Of a stretch of DNA of 23,825 bases, positions 19,264 to 23,825 are shown one piece after another; the stretch's first letter is position 1; the number at the start of each line of letters is the position of its first letter. The DNA comes from a bacterium (GTDB lineage Bacteria > CALINM01). The DNA lies in assembly GCA_041640455.1 (NCBI GenBank), contig JBEQAF010000027.1:1-23825 (forward strand), read 5' to 3'. The notes under the pieces are model-generated. The model saw only the letters and a list, made by a program, of their open reading frames with translations. It did no database searches and was not told the DNA's origin. The position numbers and the translations under genes are program-made.

Positions 19264-19389
19264 TTGAATGCTTTAGCGGTGTTTCGGCATTATATTTTAT
19301 TGTTATCAGATACTCCCCGCCTTAAGTCTATCTTTAGATTACAAAAGCATAAGTTCAAAATTATCAGCCATCGGAGAAATCTAATATAA
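19264..19389 (+). CDS. Candidate 41-aa leader ORF upstream of speB
   Basis: AAGGAGG (19247-19253), 10 nt, TTG. MNALAVFRHYILLLSDTPRLKSIFRLQKHKFKIISHRRNLI-TAA, then AAA, then the speB ATG in the same frame. Confidence 0.35.
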   Translation: MNALAVFRHYILLLSDTPRLKSIFRLQKHKFKIISHRRNLI

Positions 19390-19392
19390 AAA

Positions 19393-20277
19393 ATGAATAA
19401 CTTTTTTTATCCCTTTAATTTCGCCGGTCTACCAGAAGAGTATTCAAACTATAGAGACTCCTTTTTTTGTATAATACCTGTTCCATATGATTCGGCTACT
19501 TCATATAATCCCGGTGCGAGAAGAGGACCTCTTGCCGTAATTGATGCATCTATTCAGCTTGAATGGTTTGACGATGAGCTTGAGCAGGATAATTATAAAC
19601 TTGGGATCCATACCTTTCCATTTCTCGATACAAAGATAGCCCCTGAAAAGACAGTAGAGCTTCTCTCAAATGTGGTATCGAAAGTTATAAGTGACAAGAA
19701 ATTTCCTGTGGTTTTAGGTGGCGATCATTCAATCAGTCTGGGCGCAATAAAATCCTTTAAAGATACAGGTTCAGAGTTTACTGTTGTTCATTTTGATGCC
19801 CATTCTGACCTGAGAGAAGAGTATCAGGGCAGCAAAAACAGTCATGCATGCACCATCAGAAGAGTATTGGAGTTCAATATTCCTGTAGTTCAGATAGGCA
19901 TAAGAAGTCTTACAAGAGAAGATTTCAGTTTTATAAAAGAGAATCCATCAAAAGTAACCACATTCTTTGCACGGGATCTGGCTAAAGCATCTGATTACAA
20001 AGAGATTTTTAACACTGTTAAAGGGGAAAATATTTATATTACCTTTGACGTGGATGTATTTGACCCCTCTGTGATAAGCTCAACAGGCACCCCAGAGCCT
20101 GGAGGGCTTTACTGGTATCAGATACTTGATATTCTTAAAGGGCTGACTGAAAGATTCAATATGTTGGGTTTTGATGTGGTTGAGCTTGCTCCTAATGTTT
20201 CAGGACCCTCTGAGTTTATAGTAGCAAAACTTATATATAAGTTGATAGGATATATTACCCATAAAAAGGAGAAATAA
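19393..20277 (+). CDS. speB: Agmatinase
   Basis: PYDSATSYNPGARRGP, GGDHS, HFDAHSD, SHAC, FDVDVFDP..TGTPEPGG, FDVVEL. Adjacent to arginine decarboxylase. Confidence 0.92.
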   Translation: MNNFFYPFNFAGLPEEYSNYRDSFFCIIPVPYDSATSYNPGARRGPLAVIDASIQLEWFDDELEQDNYKLGIHTFPFLDTKIAPEKTVELLSNVVSKVISDKKFPVVLGGDHSISLGAIKSFKDTGSEFTVVHFDAHSDLREEYQGSKNSHACTIRRVLEFNIPVVQIGIRSLTREDFSFIKENPSKVTTFFARDLAKASDYKEIFNTVKGENIYITFDVDVFDPSVISSTGTPEPGGLYWYQILDILKGLTERFNMLGFDVVELAPNVSGPSEFIVAKLIYKLIGYITHKKEK

Positions 20278-20278
20278 G

Positions 20279-20869
20279 GTGAAAAAAACTTCTAAAAAAC
20301 AAGCTAATGTAAAAGGTAACTCTTTTGATTTTGTTCCCAAGAAAGTGTTTTTTACCAGAGGAGTGGGGCATCACACAGAAGAGTTAGCCTCTTTTGAGCT
20401 CGCATTAAGAGATGCGGGAATAGAAAAATACAATCTGGTTACCGTATCAAGTATATATCCACCGCATTGCGAAATTATTGATAAAGAAGAAGGGTTAAAA
20501 CTGTTAAATCCTGGGCAGGTTGTATTCTGTGTTATGAGCAAGCTGACATCCAATGAGCCTCACCGATTGATAGTTGCCTCTGTAGGCTGCGCGATACCAA
20601 AAGAGAAGAACAATTATGGATATCTGTCAGAATATCACGCCTATGGTGAAAATGAGAGAGAAGCTGGTGACTATGCTGAAGATCTTGCTACTATGATGCT
20701 TGCTACCACTCTGGGAATAGAGTTTGATGAAGATGCCAGCTGGGATGAGAAAAGACAGATCTGGAGAATTTCTGACAAGATAGTAATATCTTCATCTATA
20801 GCTCAGGAGGCTATTGTTCAGAAAAAGAAATATACCACCGTGCTTTCGGCGGCAGTATTTGTTTTTTAA
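20279..20869 (+). CDS. pdaD: Pyruvoyl-dependent arginine decarboxylase
   Basis: SFELALRDAGIEKYNLVTVSSIYPP (Ser-Ser self-cleavage site), GYLSEYH, AEDLATMMLATTLG. GTG start with SD AAGGAG. Confidence 0.9.
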   Translation: MKKTSKKQANVKGNSFDFVPKKVFFTRGVGHHTEELASFELALRDAGIEKYNLVTVSSIYPPHCEIIDKEEGLKLLNPGQVVFCVMSKLTSNEPHRLIVASVGCAIPKEKNNYGYLSEYHAYGENEREAGDYAEDLATMMLATTLGIEFDEDASWDEKRQIWRISDKIVISSSIAQEAIVQKKKYTTVLSAAVFVF

Positions 20870-20872
20870 TGG

Positions 20873-21289
20873 TTATTCTTCCTCTTCCTCTGTAGAGCCA
20901 TCTTCTGCTATCTCCTGAAAGCTCTCTTCTTCTATCTCCTCAAAGGGTGTGAAGATGCCTTCCTCGTTTTCTTTGGCGCTTTTGCAGGATACACAAAGGG
21001 TGGCAAAAGGGAGGGCTTTTAATCTCTGTTTTGGTATCTTTTCACCGCACTCATCGCAAATACCATAAGTGCCTTCTTCTATGCGCCTTAAAGCGTCCTC
21101 TATAGCCTGAAGCTTGTTCTTCTCTTGAGCTGTAATTATTATATCCAGCTCTCGTTCTCTTTCCTGAGATGCCTTGTCATGTTCATCTCCAATGTCGTCA
21201 TGAGATGCGTGCTCTCTTAGTCTTCTCTCATCTATATCCTTTAATATCTCTTCTCTCATCTCTTCCAATATTTTTTTGATCTCTTTCAT
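20873..21289 (-). CDS. dksA: DksA/TraR family C4 zinc-finger protein
   Basis: GDEHDKAS coiled-coil tip, ALRRIEEGTYGICDECG..RLKALPFATLCVSC, acidic tail. SD GGAGG. Confidence 0.85.
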   Translation of the reverse strand: MKEIKKILEEMREEILKDIDERRLREHASHDDIGDEHDKASQERERELDIIITAQEKNKLQAIEDALRRIEEGTYGICDECGEKIPKQRLKALPFATLCVSCKSAKENEEGIFTPFEEIEEESFQEIAEDGSTEEEEE

Positions 21290-21321
21290 ATTTCCTCCAG
21301 TGTTATTTCTTTAGCTTAAGA

Positions 21322-21350
21322 AATATAATTTAAAAAAGCTATTAAGTCAA
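21322..21350 (-). promoter_or_regulatory. sigma70-type promoter for dksA
   Basis: Minus strand TTGACT (21350-21345), 17 nt, TATATT (21327-21322). Confidence 0.55.
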
Positions 21351-21365
21351 TAAAAATGCTTATCT

Positions 21366-21423
21366 TGTGTGGTTACAATTTTAAAATGTCACATGATTTT
21401 ACTAAATTGAAATGTCACAGATT
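21366..21423. mobile_element. Putative orphan transposon end (IS1202/ISNCY-like: terminal TGT plus tandem AAATGTCACA)
   Basis: TGT at 21366 or 21368, then AAATGTCACA at 21384-21393 and 21410-21419, each followed by GATT (1-nt indel). No transposase in the window. Confidence 0.45.
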
Positions 21424-21530
21424 ATTTTTTAGTTGAGACGTGTCTTAATAAAAATTTTTAAAAGACAATTATTTCCTGCTTATCGTTTTCTTAATATCCT
21501 TCCATTCACCTCCTTTTACTTCAATAAAAT

Positions 21531-21552
21531 CAAACTGGTTAATATGTCTATA
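21531..21552 (-). repeat. 22-bp repeat, copy B (inverted relative to 19095-19116)
   Basis: Minus strand TATAGACATATTAACCAGTTTG. Confidence 0.6.
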
Positions 21553-21580
21553 CCTATCTGGTATATGTAAATATTGGGAC

Positions 21581-21609
21581 TTGACAGAAGTGTGGAGTTA
21601 AATTATAAT
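21581..21609 (+). promoter_or_regulatory. Consensus sigma70 promoter of the iron-uptake unit
   Basis: TTGACA (21581-21586), 17 nt, TATAAT (21604-21609): perfect consensus. Confidence 0.8.
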
Positions 21610-21622
21610 GAAAACCATTATC
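21604..21622. promoter_or_regulatory. Fur box overlapping the -10 element and +1
   Basis: TATAATGAAAACCATTATC matches GATAATGATAATCATTATC at 16/19. It lies upstream of DUF2325-exbB-exbD-tonB. Confidence 0.8.
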
Positions 21623-21712
21623 AATAAAAAGAGAAAATAAAGGTAATATAAGTGTATGGAGGCTTATAAAACTCTCATCTTTTACAATGCATGGTCTAAT
21701 AGAGGTGAAACT

Positions 21713-21895
21713 ATGATTGGACTTGAAAATGGCAGGACAACAGGCAAGAAGGGCAATATGTATAATCATTTAGCTTCTAAAATGGTGGAGAGCCAACAAA
21801 ATTTAAAACTCTTCAGAGATTTGGTATGCATCTTAGGTTGGGAAATGGAAAGATTAATCAAGAAAGAGGTTAACTCTATAAAAGTTAAGTATTAA
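21713..21895 (+). CDS. Small hypothetical protein (60 aa)
   Basis: SD GAGGTG before ATG 21713 (ATG 21656 is an alternative). First ORF after the Fur-boxed promoter. No family recognised. Confidence 0.4.
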   Translation: MIGLENGRTTGKKGNMYNHLASKMVESQQNLKLFRDLVCILGWEMERLIKKEVNSIKVKY

Positions 21896-22038
21896 CGGGA
21901 ATAAGAGAAAAATATTGAAAAAAGGTGACAATATTTTTTGGCTTAGGTTCGCTGTTTTAAAATGATAAAGCTTTTACAGTTTATACACTTTATTTATTGT
22001 TCATGATTGCAAATAAGGCTATTTAAAGGAGGATTTAT

Positions 22039-22344
22039 ATGTGCGTTGCATTAATAGGTGGGATGGACAGGTTAAAAAGGAATTATATAATCGAAGCTGA
22101 AAAGGTGGGCATATACCTTAAGGTATATACCAGATCAGAAATAAGCATCACTTCAAAGGTTAAAAACGTAGATGCGGTGGTTATCTTTACTAACAAGATA
22201 TCTCATAAAGCAAAAATGGAGGTTATGAAAACTGCTAAAGCAAAAAATATCCCAGTTTTTATGTATCACTCATGCGGTATATGCACTCTCAGGGATTGTC
22301 TGAACTGCATTAAAGTTGCTGTTGAAGGAGCAAACAATGTTTGA
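22039..22344 (+). CDS. DUF2325 domain-containing protein
   Basis: ALIGGMDRLKRNY, DAVVIFTNKISH, IPVFMYHSCGICTLRDCL. SD AAGGAGG. Confidence 0.8.
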   Translation: MCVALIGGMDRLKRNYIIEAEKVGIYLKVYTRSEISITSKVKNVDAVVIFTNKISHKAKMEVMKTAKAKNIPVFMYHSCGICTLRDCLNCIKVAVEGANNV

Positions 22345-22945
22345 ACTTCTTCATAAAGGAGGACCGTTAATGTATCCGCTTTTTTTATGCTCGATACTTA
22401 CCTTTACAATCGGGCTTGAGCGGGCATATTACTATTTAAAAGCTTGTAGACGAAATGATATCTTTGACGACGTTAAATTCCTGACTATTCGTGGAGAAAC
22501 AGAAAATGCCTTAACCATTGCAGAAAAAAGCAATAGTCCAGTAGCAGCAGTTCTTGCAGAGGCAATTAAAAATAAAGACAAAGGCATTTCGGCTATAGAA
22601 GAATCCGTCTCTTTAAAGGGTTCGTATGAGCTGAAGGGATTAACCAAAAACCTTCATATACTTGAACTAATTGGCCGTATAGCTCCTCTCCTAGGACTTT
22701 TAGGAACGGTTTTAGGTATGGTGAATGCCTTTAAGACAGTATCATCTGTAAAAGGCGCTGTTGATCCAGCAATCCTTGCAGGTGGCATATGGGAAGCTTT
22801 GCTTACAACCGTAGCGGGACTGGTTGTCGCCATACCTGCTCTTGTACTACATCATTTTTTTGAAGACAGGGTTAAAACAATAGCATTTCAAATGAAACAT
22901 TGTGCTGCAGAAATCATAAGTCTTTTGACTGGGGAGAATAAATGA
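22337..22945 (+). CDS. exbB: MotA/TolQ/ExbB proton channel protein
   Basis: GGPLMYPL, APLLGLLGTVLGMVNAF, LAGGIWEALLTTVAGLVVAIPA. SD AAGGAG before ATG 22337. Confidence 0.9.
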   Translation: MFELLHKGGPLMYPLFLCSILTFTIGLERAYYYLKACRRNDIFDDVKFLTIRGETENALTIAEKSNSPVAAVLAEAIKNKDKGISAIEESVSLKGSYELKGLTKNLHILELIGRIAPLLGLLGTVLGMVNAFKTVSSVKGAVDPAILAGGIWEALLTTVAGLVVAIPALVLHHFFEDRVKTIAFQMKHCAAEIISLLTGENK

Positions 22946-23340
22946 TTGAGTTCGATGAGCACACAACCAGATCGGCAGGTATAGATCTTACACCCATGAT
23001 AGATGTTGTTTTTCTGCTCCTAATATTTTTCCTGCTGACCTCCATATTTTCAAAGCCATCCATCCCTTTAAATCTACCTGAAGCTGAAACTGCTAAATAC
23101 ACCGATGAAGCTGTATTGTCAGTAGTAATAAAAAAAGATGGAGAAATACTTCTGAACGGAAAGATGATAAATAAATCAGAACTTTCAGATAGACTAACAG
23201 TTTTATACAAAAACAATGAGTTAAAAAACATAAACCTTATTTCCGATAAAGGTGTTCCATTTGGTTTTGTTGTAGAGGTCATAGATATTGCAAAAAAAGC
23301 TGGTGCTACAAATATATCTATTATGGTGGAGAAAAAATGA
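22942..23340 (+). CDS. exbD: Biopolymer transporter ExbD/TolR
   Basis: IDLTPMIDVVFLLLIFFLLTS, LNLPEA, SDKGVPFGFVVEVID. Confidence 0.9.
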   Translation: MIEFDEHTTRSAGIDLTPMIDVVFLLLIFFLLTSIFSKPSIPLNLPEAETAKYTDEAVLSVVIKKDGEILLNGKMINKSELSDRLTVLYKNNELKNINLISDKGVPFGFVVEVIDIAKKAGATNISIMVEKK

Positions 23341-23825
23341 CTAAAACCGTCAGTATAAACAAAATCGCATTTGTTTTTTCATTATTTGCTCACATGCTTA
23401 TCCTATCAATGTACCGTGTCCCGCTTGAAGTGAATCATTCACCTGTGGAATTTGAGGTAAATTTTTTCTCGTTTGCAAATCCAGAGATGCCAGTAAAAAC
23501 CAAGACTGTTATACCTCATAAGAATAAAAGCGTTTTTACCCCTGAAATCAAACAAAATTTGAGTAATCCTGTTGAAGAGACCGTCTATCAAAAATCAACA
23601 CCTGACTTTTCACATGAAAATACTGTTGCTAATAATCTCAGAGATGGGGTTGACAAACATCACTATGTGGAAACAAAAGTAACAGATGTGGAGGGCATAC
23701 CTGAATTAAACTCAAAAAACGAAAAATCAGTTCTTAATCTGGATAAACTATCAAAGCAAAGCCCAATTTCAAACACCGAAACAAAAAACGTTAACAGATT
23801 ATCAGAATATCTTGTGTTAGTAAGA
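23337..23825 (+). CDS. tonB: Energy transducer TonB (3'-truncated; not in the ORF track)
   Basis: ATGA overlap with exbD. MTKTVSINKIAFVFSLFAHMLILS has a TM S-xxx-H motif, then a long polar linker. The frame is open to the window end (...SEYLVLVR). Confidence 0.75.
   Translation, partial: MTKTVSINKIAFVFSLFAHMLILSMYRVPLEVNHSPVEFEVNFFSFANPEMPVKTKTVIPHKNKSVFTPEIKQNLSNPVEETVYQKSTPDFSHENTVANNLRDGVDKHHYVETKVTDVEGIPELNSKNEKSVLNLDKLSKQSPISNTETKNVNRLSEYLVLVR

Noticed and set aside
19228..19392. Known riboswitch (guanidine-I, SAM-I, SAM-II/V), T-box or 6S RNA in the speB leader
   Set aside because: Only fragments (GATTTGAA, ACAAAAGC, TTATC) resemble the consensus motifs, and the required cores are missing. 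Left as an unclassified candidate.
21492..21516. Minus-strand perfect SD followed by ATG-GAA-GGA-TAT-TAA (MEGY)
   Set aside because: The ATG is only 3 nt from AGGAGG and the ORF has 4 codons, so it is not supportable as a gene.
21554..21769. 71-aa minus-strand ORF
   Set aside because: It runs across the consensus promoter and Fur box and is antisense to the SD-supported small ORF. No motif recognised.
21924..21935. GGTGACAATATT as the partner end of the putative transposon end
   Set aside because: Single partial copy, without a second repeat or a correctly spaced terminal ACA.
21996..22014. Second Fur-like box ATTGTTCATGATTGCAAAT upstream of DUF2325
   Set aside because: Weak match with poor symmetry in very AT-rich sequence.
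1..23825. CRISPR arrays, tRNA/rRNA genes, selenocysteine or frameshift recoding in the main CDSs
   Set aside because: I saw no regularly spaced repeats or cloverleaf/rRNA signatures, and the main proteins appear full length without internal stops.

Overview
AT-rich bacterial chromosomal window from a diderm (LptFG, TonB-ExbBD, lipoproteins). The gene content is reminiscent of Desulfobacterota/Nitrospirota-type anaerobes (inference only). About 21 kb is tightly packed core genes: a partial outer-membrane protein, a SAM methyltransferase, DUF3786, rlmI, a P-type ATPase, a lipoprotein, Ppx/GppA, lptG/lptF, mobA, a TPR lipoprotein, a small lipoprotein, oppABC-type genes, a DUF89 phosphatase, an ApgM-type mutase, manC, speB-pdaD and dksA. 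The window ends in a Fur-boxed iron-uptake unit (small ORF, DUF2325, exbB, exbD, partial tonB). I saw no rRNA, tRNA, CRISPR array or intact transposase. The most interesting signals are non-coding: (1) a structured leader with a strong SD and a TTG-initiated 41-codon ORF in frame with speB; (2) a 20/22-bp inverted repeat pair bracketing speB-pdaD-dksA; (3) an orphan IS1202/ISNCY-like transposon end next to the Fur promoter. All three are hypotheses that need computational or experimental checks.
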